Source: Rebecca billardiae RCC1528
Taxonomy: Eukaryota; Protista; Haptophyta
NCBI GenBank assembly: GCA_965240325.2
Contig: OZ251236.1
Coordinates: 1,550,001-1,614,000 of the forward strand
Length of the DNA stretch: 64,000 nt
Direction of reading: 5' to 3'
Shown here: piece after piece, positions 1 through 11,028 of the stretch
How positions within the stretch are numbered: position 1 is the first letter of the stretch
Layout of the letters: each line of letters begins with the position of its first letter
Program-made: the position numbers and the translations under genes
Notes under the pieces: model-generated
The model's database searches: none
Told to the model about the DNA's origin: nothing
Seen by the model: only the letters and a program-made list of their open reading frames with translations

Positions 1-2
1 GG

Positions 3-387
3 CTGGACCCGCAGGCGCGGCAGCGGGGCGTGCACGTGGACTTTGAGCACGCGGTCTGGGAGCACGCCTTCCACGTCACCCTCTCCCTCGCCTCGCTCTT
101 CGAGCCGCTCGCGCGCGGCCTCGTGGGGCGGCCGCGCGCGGCGCGCGCGCTGGTCGCAGACGCGATGGCTGCGGAGGGGGCGGTGCGCGCGCGCGTGGCG
201 CAGTGGCCGCTGTGGACGGACGTGGGCGGGTACGGCGAGCTCACGTTCCACCTGCCGCTGCAGCGCCTCGTCGCGAGCCTCGTGCGCGCCGCGTGCGCGC
301 ACGCAGACGGCGCGCAGGCCGACGAGCTCGTGCGCGCCGTCTGCGACGCGCTCGCGACGCCGCGCGCGCCCGACGCCGCGGCGGCGG

Positions 388-425
<38 letters not shown>

Positions 426-846
426 GGCTCGAGCGGCCGCGCGGCCGCGCTCGCGTTCGCCGTGCAGCCCGTCGCGCGGCTCCTCGCCGCGTGCGCGCAG
501 ATCAGCTGCGGCCTCTGGCGGCGCAACGGCCGGTGCGTGCTCGAGCAGCTCGCCGCGTACTCGGAGCGGCCGTGGGTGGCGGTGCAGCGAGACTTGGACG
601 TGCTGTGTGTACAGGCGGGCGCACTGGCGCTGCTGCAGGGAGCGCAGGGGCGGAGGGAGGAGGAGGAGGCGGCGGTGGGCGGCTTCCTGGACGAGCTGTG
701 CCACGCGTTCGGCCTCGCCGACTGGCTCGGCGCGCACAGCACCGCCCTCGGCGCGGCCGGCAGCGGCGGCGCTCGGCCTGAGCCGGCGGCGGGCGGCGGC
801 GGCGGCCGCGGCGGCGGCGGCCGCGGCCGCGGCGGCCGCGGCGGCC

Positions 847-880
<34 letters not shown>

Positions 881-3800
881 GCTCCTGGACGCCCCGAGCC
901 TGGAGATGGCGGAGCGGCTGCTCGCGCTGCTCGCGCAGCTGTTCACGCAGCTCCCGCCGCCGCGCTCGCCCTCCGCGCCCCGCCTCGACGCCGCCTGCCG
1001 CGAGGTCGTCCATCTGCTCGCAGACCGGCCGCGCTCCTTCTCAGAGGTGGCGGACAGGGTGGGCGCGGCCGGCCCGAGCGGCGCGGGCGCGTCCGCGTGC
1101 GCCGAGCTGCCGTCCGACGAGCTCGAGGCGGTGCTCGACCGCGTGGCCACGCGGCGCGCGGTGCTGCTGCGCGGCGTGCGCGACCACGACGTCTTTGAGC
1201 TGCGCCCGCTCGCGTGGGCGTTGTACAACCCTGCGCACGCGCACCTGAGCCGGCAGCGGCACGAGTCGGCGCACGCGAGGCTGCGCGCGGCGCGCGGCGC
1301 GCTGCGCGCCGCCGCGGCCGCGGGCAGTGCGGAGGTGGTGGCGGCGGTGCGCGCCGCCGCGCAGGCCGGGGCGGAGCGCGCGCCGACCTCGCCGCCGCGC
1401 GGCTGCGCGCCGCCGGTGGCCAGCCTGCCCGCCGCGCACCCCGCGCTCGAGCGAGTGCGCCTGGCCTACCTCTGCTCGAGCGCGCTCGCGGATCTGACGC
1501 TGGCGGCGTTGCGCGCGGCGCTCGGCGGCGGCGGGACGGGCGCGCGCCCGGCGCCGGGCGCGCCGCCGCGCGGGGGCGCGGCCGCGGCTGGCGCGGCCGG
1601 CGCCGGCGGCGCTGCGCTGGGGCCGCCGAGCCCGCCGCCGCCCGCCGCCGACTCCGCCGCCGACTCCGCCGCCGCTCCGCCGCCGGCCGTGGCGCACGAC
1701 CGGCTGCTGAGCTGCGCGCTGCAGCTGCTGGGCCTGGGCGTGCACGTGGACGCGCGCGCGCTGCGGGCCACGCTCGACGCGCAGCGGCGCCGCGCCGAGG
1801 CGTGCGCGCGCTCAGCGGGCGGGCACGCCGCGCCGTGCATGCGCGAGCTGCTGCGCGCCGTCAGCACCCTCGACATGCACGACGCTGACGCCGCCGACGC
1901 CGCCGACGACGTCGCCGCCGCCGACGCCGATGCGGACTCGGCCGACGGCGCGTGGCTCTGGGCACGCGCGGCGGAGCTGCTGCCGACGCTGTCGCACGCG
2001 GAGGCGGCGCGCTGGCTGCTGGCGCGGCTCGGCGAGGGCGAGAGCGTGCACGAGGGGCCGCGCGCGCGCGAGCCGCACGCCTCGGCCGCAGGGCGGCGGC
2101 CGCAGCCGCAGCCGCGCGCGCTCGGCGCGGCTGCTCACACCGCCGCAGCCGCCGAGGCGGACACGGCACGCGGCGGCGGCGGTGGCACGCCGGGCGCGGG
2201 CGGCGGCGCCGAGGCGGGGGAGCGCGGCGAGGCCGCGTGCGCGCGCGGGCAGGAGCGCGCGGCCGCCGCCGGCGCGCCCGCCGCCGCCGCCTCGGCCGAG
2301 GCCGGCGCCGCCTCCGCCGAGCGCGCGCGGCGCAAGGGGCAGCGCGAGGCGGCGCGCGCCGCCGCTCTCTCCGAGCTGCGAAGGCAGGCGGCCTCCTTCT
2401 GGTCGACGGTGGAGGCGGAGGGGGCGGAGGCGCGAGGGGAGGAAGGCGGCGCCGCCGCCAGGCCGCGCGGCGCGGGGCCGATGGACGTCGAGCCGAGCGG
2501 CGGCAGCACCGAGGCCGCGCCGCCCGGCGCCTCGGCCGAAGCGCGCGCGAGCGCTCGCGCGCGCGGCGGCGCTGCGGCGCCCTGCGCGGCGGCGCCCGGC
2601 GGCGCGGCGGCGGGCGGCGGCGGGCGGGGCGTGGGCGCGGAGCGCGCGAGCGCGGCGGAGCGCGCGGTGTGCATGCTCTGCCACACGGTGCAGCCGGGCC
2701 TCGCGCTCGGCGCCATCGGCCGGTGCGAGCTCGCCAAGTTTGTGAGCGCCGAGCCCAGCGGCGGCGCGGCCGACGGCTTGGCGCGGCCGGCGGCGGCCGA
2801 GGGCGCAGCCGGCGGCGGCGGCGGCGCGCACGGCGGCGCGGCGTCGCCCTCGCCCGCGTCGGTGGCGGCGGCGCGCGCGTCGTCCGACGCGAGCGCGGCC
2901 GCGGCGCGCCTCGCGCACGCCGCCGCGACCGAGCCGGGCGTGCACATTGCCCTGTGCTCTCACGCCGCGCACGTCGAGTGCTGGGCGCGGTACAGGCGCG
3001 CGGTGGCGCACGCGGCGCGCGCGGAGGGCGCGGCGCGCGGCGCGGAGGCGATGGCGCTGAGCGAGGCGTCGGGCGAGTTCGCGTGCCCGATGTGCAGAGC
3101 GCTCTCGAACGTGCTGCTCCCGCTCGGCGCCGACGGCGAGCCCGACGAGCCTCAGCCGATGAGCGTCGACGGGACGTCGGGCGGCGGCGGCGCGGCGGCG
3201 CCGTCGCGCCTCGGCGGCGGCGCCGCGGCCGGCGGCGCCGCGCCGGCCGGTGCGGACGCCGCGGCCGAGGCGGGCGGCGGCGAGGGCAGCGCCGACGCGG
3301 TGGTGCGCGAGCTGCTCGCCCGGACGGATGCCGCGCTCGCAGACGCAGCGGACGCCGCGCGCGCCGGGCAGCGCGCCGCCGAGAGCGCCGCGCGCGCGCG
3401 CGCCGCGCGCCGGCCGCCGGCGCCGCGCGTGCACCCCGCCAACACGCGCGCGGCGCGCTTCGGCGCCGCGTCGGCGCTGCCGGGCGGCGCGGCTGCGCTG
3501 GGCCTGGTCGACCCCGCGCTGCTGAGCGACGACGACGACGACGACGAGCTGCTCGAGCACGCCGACGCGCTCCACGCGGACGTCGATGCCGAGCTCGTCG
3601 CGGCCGGCGGCACAGCCGCGGACGCGGGCTCGGACGCGGACGCGGACGCGGCCGCGGGTGGCGGCGCCGAGGGCGGCGCCGAGTCCGAGGGCGGCGCGGA
3701 GTCAGAGTGGGAGGCGCTGGCGCTCAGGCTGGCCGGGCTCGACGCGCCGGCGGCGCCGCTCGCGGCGCAGCGGCAGCACGGCCGGCTCGGGCTGCTGCGC

Positions 3801-6341
3801 ACCATCGCACGGCTGCGGGAGGCCGCGGCGCAGATGGGGGTGGACGCTCAGAACGAGGCGGAGGCGGAGGCGGACGCGGAGGCGGCGGGGGCGGAGGCGG
3901 CGGCGGAGGCGGACGCGGACGCGGCGGCGGCGGGCGGTCGGCCCGCGCGCGCGGCGCAGCCGGCGCAGCCGCCAGCCGCGCACGCCGCGGCACGCGGGCA
4001 GGGCGCTGTCGGCGTGCCTGCGCCGCCGGTGCCGCGCGCGCCGCCGCCGGGCGGCCCGCCGCCGCCGCCCGCCGCCACGCTCTCGGGCCAGGTGGGCGGC
4101 GGCGCGCTCGGCGCCGCCGCGGCCGCGGCGGCCGCGCCGCGCGGGCGCGGGCTCGCGAGCGCGGCCGGTCGCGCCGACGGGCCCGCCGCGGCGGCGGCGG
4201 GCGCGACGGAGGTGGGTGGCGCTCTGCCGGCGCTCGACGCGCGCGCGCAGCCGTGCGCGGCGGGGCCGGCGCAGCACGACCAAGTGCTGGGCGTGGCCCT
4301 GGCGGCAGCGGGCAGCGGCGGCGGCAGCGGCGGCGGTGCGCACCGCGGCTGCACCCGGCAGGCGCCGCGCGCGCCGAGCACGGCGACGCTCTCGCGCGCG
4401 GGCTGGGCGCGCGCCGCGGCCCGCGGCAGCGCGGGCGGCGAGGCGGGGGCGCTCGACTGGGCGGCGTGCGGCGTGGGCGGCAAGGGGGGCGCGCTGCTCG
4501 ACGGCGCCGCGTGCGCACTCGCGTACACCGTGCGGGCGCACGCGCTCGCGACAGCCGGGGCGGGCGCGCGGCCGCAGCAGCAGGGCGGCGGCGGCGGCGG
4601 CGGCGGCGCGCAGCCGGCGGTCGACGCGCTCGCGACGATCGCGCGCGCGCTGCGCATCGCGCCGCCGACGGGCGCGGGTGGCGCGGGCGCGCCAGCCCCC
4701 TCCGAGCGCGCGGTGCTCTCTGCGCACGCGCACGCCTCCCACCGAGCGCTCGCCGTGCACGCGGCCGCGCGCTGCCCGCTGGCGGCGCTGGGTGCGGGCG
4801 CGGAGCCCCTGAGACTGCTGGCGCGCGCGGCGCTGCTGCTGCCTGGCACGGCCACGGCGCTGGCGTGCGCGCGCGCGCTCGCGCTCGCCGTGTGCGTGCA
4901 GGAGGTGCTCGTGGCCGCGGCACACGCCTCGGCGCCGCCCGCAGGCGCGGCCGAGACCGCTGCTGCCGCCGCCGCCGGCGGCGGCGGCGAGCAGGCAGCC
5001 ATGCTGCACCCTCTGGCCGATGGGGCGCGCGCGCCGGCCGGCGAGGATGCGGCGGCGGAGGCGGCCGCCGTGCTGCAGCTCGCGGCGGAGAGCGTCGGGA
5101 GCGGCGGCTGGGCCTGGCTGCCCCGCGGCGGCGCGCCCTCGGACGCCATGCTCCGCGCGGCCGCGGCCGCGCTCCACTCGGCCGACAGCGCGGCCGCGCA
5201 GTTCAGCGCGCACGCGGCGCTGCTGCTGCGCGCGTGCGCGCGCGAGGGGGCGGACGCGGGCGTGGCGGGGGCGGCGGGGGCGGGGGAGGCGAGCGAGGGC
5301 GGCGGCGCGTGGCGGGTCGCGCGGCAGGCGCTCGGGCTCCCGCCGCTCGCGAGCGCCACCCAGCCCGGCGGCGGGGCTCTCCGCTCGCTCCTCGCCTCGT
5401 GGCTGCGCGGCGCGCGCGCGGCCGCCGCCGAGGCTCAGGGCGGCGCGCTCGGCGCGCGCGGCGCGCCGGGTGGCGGTTGCGCCGAGGTCGGCCGCCCGGG
5501 CGCGGGCGGCCCGCTCGGCGAGGGCGCGTGCGCGCGCTGGCACCTCGGCACGCCCTGGCACTGGCGCGTGCGCGCGTGCGTGCGCCTCCCGGACTCGTTC
5601 ACCCGGCTGCACATGGAAGTGGCGGCGCGCGTGTGCGGCTCGTGCGGCGAGCGGCCCGACTCGCCCGCGCTCTGTTTGCTGTGCGGCACGCTGCTGTGCG
5701 CGGGCTGCGAGTGCTGCCGCGCGCAGCTCGACCGGAGCGGCGAGTGCACGCAGCACGCGCGCGCGTGCGGCGCAGGTGCGCGCCGCCGCGCGCCGCCGCG
5801 CGCCGCCCATCCCTCCCGCGCCCGCCCGCCACCCCGACCGCACGCCCGCCGCCGCGCGCCGGTGGCTCTGCCGCCGCTGCTGCCGCCGCTGCCGCTGCTG
5901 CTGCTGCTGCTGCTGCCGCTGCTGCGCAGGGCTGGGTGTGGTGCTGCTCGTGCTGCACTCGCAGCTGCTGCTGCTCCGGGGCGCGCGCGCCGCGTTCACC
6001 ACGCCCCTGTACACGGACGCGTACGGCGAGAAGCCGCGCGTGCACTCGCGCGGGCGGCCTCTCCACCTGAACACAGAGGTGCGGCGCGGCGCTCAGTGCC
6101 ACCGCCGCCTCGCGCCGTGCCCGCGCACACGTCTCCGCCGAGCGCGCGGGTGCGGCGCCGCGCCGGCACGCGCTGCCGTCGACATGCGCGCCGCCGCACG
6201 CGCGCGCCGTCGACCTGCCGACCGCGCGCTCCGCAGGTGCTTGCGTCGGTGCAGCGGCTGATCGCCTCGCACGGCGTGGGCAACGAGGTCGTGCAGAGCC
6301 GGCTCACGAGCGACCGCGTCATCCGCGACAATCACTACTGA
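3..6341 (+). CDS. UBR1/UBR2/PRT6-type N-recognin E3 ubiquitin ligase, 5'-truncated by the window; predicted exons <3..5775, 5930..6078, 6237..6341
   Basis: Frame is open from base 3 (LDPQARQRGVHVDFEHAVWEHAF, resembling the UBR1 'RQxGxHVEYE..W..AF' block). Other UBR motifs: GLWRRNG; split RING-H2 (CMLCH...CSHAAHVECW...EFACPMCRALSNVLLP, ~2668-3122); C-terminal LPDSF..L..C..C....PALCLLCG..C..ECTQHARACGAG. Splicing restores the conserved tail GLGVVLL...PLYTDAYGE...RGRPLHL. Confidence 0.88.
5776..5929 (+). other. Spliceosomal intron 1 of the UBR gene (154 nt, phase 1)
   Basis: CAG|GTGCGC donor at 5776 and GCAG| acceptor ending at 5929. Removal joins CGA-G to LGVVLLV...YTDAYGE, the expected UBR C-terminal motif, which lies in another frame. 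Confidence 0.85.
6079..6236 (+). other. Spliceosomal intron 2 of the UBR gene (158 nt, phase 0)
   Basis: GAG|GTGCGG donor at 6079 and CCGCAG| acceptor ending at 6236. Removal joins PLHLNTE to VLASVQRLIASH...HY*. Confidence 0.82.
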
Positions 6342-6934
6342 GACTCTGGCATACAGCACGGGCGCGGCACCGGCGCCGAGCCCTCAGACGATGGAGCGCC
6401 CGGTGGCAGCGGCAGTGCGCCTGCCCCGGCCAGCTGCTCCGCGGCGATGCTTGGCGCCGCGTCTGCACCCCACCACCCCGCTGACCGCTCGCCCGTGCGC
6501 GCTCGACGAGCACTGCGGGCTGAATCAATCATGCGCGCTCTCAAGCCCGGCAGATGGCTAGCGTGCCCTGCACGCCTCGGACAACGCGCGAGTCGTGTGG
6601 TGCTCACCCAAGACGGCCTTGTTTGCGAGCCGCCCCGCACACCATGCTCGGCATGCTCAACGAGCCTGCAGCGACGAGTGCAGACGAGTGATGTCTGAAT
6701 ACACACGGCGCTTGAACAGTACCCGCTTGGCCATCGGAGTGGATGCAGCTGATTGGTCTTCGCGAGCCAAGGCTCATTTGCTGGCCCATATCTGCCCACC
6801 GGCAATCATTAGTGGTGGAAGGCCTTCAGAAGAACGAGCTGCGTCAGCTGCCGGCGCTGTTGCCGCATCTTTGGGCCGACGACGGGCGTGAGCGCAGCGA
6901 GCCGCGACCAGCCCTGGGCCAACCTGTGAGGCCG

Positions 6935-7897
6935 ATGCTGCCCAAGGTCGCCGCGACCATCCCGCTGGGCGCGCTGCTCGCCCTCGCGGGCAGCCTGGGC
7001 GTCCACCGGCTCGCGCCAGAGTTCGAGCTGGCCGCGCGAGGCCGCTGCCTCGGCGTGGACGCCACGTTTGGGCCGTGCGCGGACGCGGCCAGGCTCTTCC
7101 TCTGGGCTGGCAACGTGCGCGTGAAGGGCTCGGAGCTGTGCCTGACGGAGGAGGCCCGGTTCGGCGAGTGCCCCCTCTATGACGCGACCGCATGGACCGC
7201 CGTTGCCGACGGCCCCCTGTGCCACGCCGACGGGCCCTGCATCGGGCGCGCGCGCTTTGGCAAGCACGCCATCGCCACAAAGGCAAAGCGCGCGGCGCGC
7301 GCGCGCTCGCGCGAGCCGACGTGGGACGGGATGCCCACGCCGAAGGAGCTGATCACAACCTGCACGTACGGCGCCACGGCTGCAGCGGGGCTCGCCTTCC
7401 TGATCCTCTTCTTCCTCGACCTCACCGGCATGCCCAAGCTCGACGGCGCGCCGGCCACGCTGCCGCCGCAGCACGAGCTCGACAGCAAGAACGGCGCGCT
7501 CACCGGGCCGGACGCGGCGAAGCTGATCCAGGCGCGCGCGCGGGGTCACCTGGCGCGCGCGAACAGTAAGGGCGTCGAGCCGCAGAAGCCGGACCCCAGC
7601 CCGATGAGCAAGCTCTTCGGCTCGTTCAAGCTGCCGTCGGTGAGTGTGCCCAAGCTGCCGCAGCCGAGCGTGCCGCAGCTGCCCAAGATGAGCATGCCAG
7701 ACATGGGCGCGGTCTTCTCGGCGTTCTCGCCGAAGAAGGCGGCGGTGGAGGTGCGGCTCGAGGTGGCGCAGACGCCGCCGCCGGGGCTCGCGCCCAAGGT
7801 GGCCGTGCGTGTGCAGGTCGTGCGAGCCACCTCCCCCGCCTCCACATCGTGGCCGTCCATGACCATGGCGCGCACCTCAGCCTCGGCCCGAAAATGA
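6935..7897 (+). CDS. Hypothetical membrane protein: N-terminal hydrophobic signal, Cys-spaced ricin-B/beta-trefoil-like region, TM helix, IQ motif, Pro/Lys-rich tail (320 aa)
   Basis: In-frame ATG at 6935 within ORF 6743..7897, where GC-rich coding-style codons begin. MLPKVAATIPLGALLALAGSLG is signal-like; repeated GRCLGV..FGPC / ELCLT..FGEC / GPCIG units; TM AAAGLAFLILFFLDL; IQ motif AAKLIQARARGHLAR. Confidence 0.65.
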   Translation: MLPKVAATIPLGALLALAGSLGVHRLAPEFELAARGRCLGVDATFGPCADAARLFLWAGNVRVKGSELCLTEEARFGECPLYDATAWTAVADGPLCHADGPCIGRARFGKHAIATKAKRAARARSREPTWDGMPTPKELITTCTYGATAAAGLAFLILFFLDLTGMPKLDGAPATLPPQHELDSKNGALTGPDAAKLIQARARGHLARANSKGVEPQKPDPSPMSKLFGSFKLPSVSVPKLPQPSVPQLPKMSMPDMGAVFSAFSPKKAAVEVRLEVAQTPPPGLAPKVAVRVQVVRATSPASTSWPSMTMARTSASARK

Positions 7898-8236
7898 CCG
7901 CGCGGGGCAGCGCGGGACACGCGGCCAGCGGCGTGCGTGGCGCGCGCTATCGGCTGGATCATCGACCTCGACGAGAGCTGCTCGACCCGCGCGATGCCAT
8001 CGGGGCGTCGTCATCGCCCGCCGCGCCGTCGTTTTGCTCGCGCGGCTCGGGGGCGGCGACGACCGCCGCTCGGATGCGGATATTGATTGCCGGAGTGGCA
8101 CTGGTAGCCTCGGTGCGGCGGCGCGCTGGCGCGGCTGTTATAATATTGCTACTGGCTCATCTGGTCATTGTACTAGTCGGCTATGCTCATACTCATGACG
8201 ACTAGCTATATGACTACTGCTGATGCTGCTTATATG

Positions 8237-8256
8237 ATATATATATATATATATAT
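8237..8256. repeat. (AT)10 microsatellite in the AT-rich gap between convergent 3' ends
   Basis: Direct reading: atatatatatatatatatat within the AT-rich tract ~8130-8300. Confidence 0.9.
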
Positions 8257-8441
8257 TGTCGTTATGACGTCACGGGAGCTGCTGTCGCCTATAGAGTATA
8301 GACCGCGCGCGCCGCGGCGGCCGGACCGGACATCGTCATGACTGTGAGACATACATGACGACGACGATGACGCGGCGATGATGTTGATGACGATGCAAGC
8401 TGCGCAACCCGCATATATCGTCGAATCAGCAGTGGGCGGCG

Positions 8442-10862
8442 CTACGACTCTGCGACGACAGCGCTCAGCTCGAGCTCGGCCCCTGGCGCGCCCACCGCGC
8501 TGGTCCTGATGCCGCCAGCAGTCGCCAGCTGCGCCCACGCTCCGGCGCGCGCGCCGCCGCGCCGGGGCGGGCGCAGGCGGGCGGCGGCGGCGCCGAGAGC
8601 GCCGCGCCGCCAGCGCGTGCGCACGGCGAGGCACGCGAGCGTGAGCGCGATCGCGCCCGTGGCGATCGCGCCGGCGAGTGCGCTGGCGAGGCGTCTCGCC
8701 GGCATCCAGCCGCCAGCCGCCGCCGCCGCCGCCGCTGCAAGCGCGCCGCCGCCGGCAGCGGCGCTGCCAAGTGGCAGGCCGCGCGCGGCGAGGCCCTCCG
8801 CGCTCGCGCACGGCACGCGCCGCACCGCCGGCGGAGGCTCGGCGGCAGCGTCGGCGTGCGCGCCGTCGCGCACGGCGGTGCGCGCCTCCTGCACGAGCAG
8901 CGCGTCGCACTCCGCCTCCGCGCCGCGGCGCGCGACCGTGCGCACGGCGGCGAACGCGGCCGCGTGCGCTCGGCCGCTCAGGGTGACGTGCACCCAGCCG
9001 CGCCGCGCCGTCTCGGCGTGCAGGAGCTCCGGACGGGCGGCGAGCGCGCCCGCGGCGTGGAGGTCTGCGGGGAAGAAGGCGGCGCGCGCCTCGAGCCCGG
9101 CGCTCGTCACGGAGGGCGCCGCGTACTCGACGGCAACGAGCGCCGCGCCCGCGGCGCCGCCCTCCGCGCCAGCGGCCGCGCACGGCCGCGCGCCGCGGCA
9201 GTGTGTCGCCGCCCACGCGTTGTGTTGCCCGGCTGAGTAGAGCACGGCGTTGTTGGCGCCCTCGAGGGCGGAGAGCAGCCGGCGGCGCGCGGCCGGGTAC
9301 GCCGACCACGCGTCGGGCTCGAGGTCGAGGCCGTACCGGCCGGCAGCGAGCGCGCGGCGCGCGGCCGCGATCGTGTCGTTGCTCACAGCCTCGGGCGAGC
9401 CGCCGCCGCCGCCGCCGCCGCCGCTGGCACCGCCGCCGCCGCCATCGTCGCCGCCGCGCGCGGGCACGTACGTCGCGCCGGGTGCGGGCGGCTCGGTGAC
9501 GTTGGCGAGCGCACGCGCCCAGAGCTCCGCGCTGCGCGCGCCGCCCGGCGTCGCGCGCGCCGCCTCGATCGCCCCCTCCACGTCCGCCGCCACGCCGGGC
9601 GCCAGCAGCGCCGGCTGGCCCACCAGCTGCCAGGGCGTGCCCTCGGCGGCTGAGCGGCGCACGGCGGCGCGCAGCCACTCGAGCTGCGCGCCGCCGAGGA
9701 GCGCGTCTTCGGCGGAGTCGCGCAGCGCGTCGAGCCGGTCGCGCAGCGCGCGCACGCGCTGCGCCGCGCTCTCCCCGCCGCCCGCCGCGCCCGCCTCCTC
9801 CCACCGGCTGGGCGGCAGCCCGGCAAGCGCGCGCTCGAGCCAGCCCTCCGCGTCCGCGCGCGCCCACGGCTGGCGCGTGCGCGCGAGCAGCCGCGTCTCG
9901 AGGAGGAGGAGCGTGGCGAGCTGGCCGAAGTGGAGCTCGCGATACGCACCGCGCAGCTGCTCGCTGCCGCTCGCGCCCGCCGCGCCCGCCCGCGTCGGCA
10001 TCCACTCGTGGTACGCGCGCACCGCGTGCGCCGCGCGCGCCGCCCACGGACCGTGCGCCGTCGCGTTGTGCGCGGCCGCGCCGCCCGCCCACGCGCCGTC
10101 GGCGAGCTCGGCGTCGTCCCACACGGCGACGAGCGGAGCGGCGGCGGCGAGCGCCTGCAGATCCGCGTCCGTGCGGTACAGCGCGTGCCGCGCGCGGTAC
10201 TCCTCCAGCGTGAGCGCCTCGCGCTGCGGCGCGGCCGTGCCGGCGCGCGGCGCGGCCGGCTCGGCGGGGGGCGCGCTTTCGGCGCGCGCGGCGCGCAGGT
10301 AGCCGCCGACGTGCAGCCAGAGGTCGAGGGGCGGCTCGGCGTTGGCGGCGGCGCGGTACGCGTTGAAGTACCCCGCCTCCCACTCCGCGCCCGAGAACAC
10401 GCCGAAGCTGAGCGACGGCTGGTACGTGCCGCGCGGCGCGGGCAGACTGAACCGCCCCACAGGGCTGTGCGCGTCGCCGACGCAGAAGCGGTAGTAGAGC
10501 AAGCCCGGGCGCCAGCTCGGCACGGTCGCCTCGACCTTTACCGTCCAGTCCGCCTCGGCGCGCGCGACCGCCTCGCCCTCCGCGACCGCGTCCGCCATCC
10601 CGCGTGACGTCGAGACAAGCCAGCTGACGGCGAGCGGCGCGCGCGCGCCCTCATCCCCGCCGCGCGGCGTCACGCGCGTCCACAGGATGATCGAAGTGGG
10701 CCATGGGTCGCCACTCGCCACGCCGTGCTCGAACGACGCGACGGATGCCGCGGCGATTGTGTGTAGCACCTGGAGCGACGCGACGGACGCCGCGGCGATT
10801 GTGTGTAGCACCTGGAGCACCAGGAGCCACACCGCCACCGGTGGTCGCCGGCCGGCCGCCAT
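8442..10862 (-). CDS. phoD: PhoD-family (alkaline phosphatase D-like) protein with signal peptide and C-terminal TM anchor; catalytic motifs degenerate (806 aa)
   Basis: PhoD N-terminal domain motifs FEHGVASGDP..SIILWTRVTP, DWTVKV, YYRF...SPVGR. Catalytic-domain motifs GYFNAYR, TLEEYRARHALYRTDADLQA, WDDxE, LETR, LLGGAQLEWL, DAWSAYPAARRRL, EYAAPSVTS. Hydrophobic helix ALAGAIATGAIALTLACLAV near the C-terminus. Confidence 0.9.
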   Translation of the reverse strand: MAAGRRPPVAVWLLVLQVLHTIAAASVASLQVLHTIAAASVASFEHGVASGDPWPTSIILWTRVTPRGGDEGARAPLAVSWLVSTSRGMADAVAEGEAVARAEADWTVKVEATVPSWRPGLLYYRFCVGDAHSPVGRFSLPAPRGTYQPSLSFGVFSGAEWEAGYFNAYRAAANAEPPLDLWLHVGGYLRAARAESAPPAEPAAPRAGTAAPQREALTLEEYRARHALYRTDADLQALAAAAPLVAVWDDAELADGAWAGGAAAHNATAHGPWAARAAHAVRAYHEWMPTRAGAAGASGSEQLRGAYRELHFGQLATLLLLETRLLARTRQPWARADAEGWLERALAGLPPSRWEEAGAAGGGESAAQRVRALRDRLDALRDSAEDALLGGAQLEWLRAAVRRSAAEGTPWQLVGQPALLAPGVAADVEGAIEAARATPGGARSAELWARALANVTEPPAPGATYVPARGGDDGGGGGASGGGGGGGGSPEAVSNDTIAAARRALAAGRYGLDLEPDAWSAYPAARRRLLSALEGANNAVLYSAGQHNAWAATHCRGARPCAAAGAEGGAAGAALVAVEYAAPSVTSAGLEARAAFFPADLHAAGALAARPELLHAETARRGWVHVTLSGRAHAAAFAAVRTVARRGAEAECDALLVQEARTAVRDGAHADAAAEPPPAVRRVPCASAEGLAARGLPLGSAAAGGGALAAAAAAAAGGWMPARRLASALAGAIATGAIALTLACLAVRTRWRRGALGAAAARLRPPRRGGARAGAWAQLATAGGIRTSAVGAPGAELELSAVVAES
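10734..10817. repeat. 42-bp in-frame tandem duplication (LQVLHTIAAASVAS x2) in the PhoD signal-peptide region
   Basis: Units 10734-10775 and 10776-10817 differ at one synonymous base. Confidence 0.93.
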
Positions 10863-11028
10863 CGCCGATCACGCCCGGGCCGCCCCAGCCGCCGCAACGG
10901 ACTTCGGAGTTCGGACTGGATCCCGCCCCGGCCCCCGGAGCGGGTGTGCGCACCAGGCCTTGGCGATCCGCGCGAACACGAATCATCATACGAATCTCGT
11001 GATTGCGACGGCCGCGTCGACACGCGCG
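10863..11028. promoter_or_regulatory. Putative bidirectional promoter between phoD-like and PLMT
   Basis: Only 166 bp separate the two divergent ATGs (10862 on minus, 11029 on plus). No specific motif identified. Confidence 0.5.

Noticed and set aside
385-880. (GGC)n runs as regulatory repeats
   Set aside because: They encode poly-Gly low-complexity linkers in the UBR reading frame; common in GC-rich genomes.
43-10607. Numerous overlapping Arg/Ala-rich ORFs over the UBR and phoD genes
   Set aside because: Expected at very high GC; conserved motifs occur in only one frame per locus.
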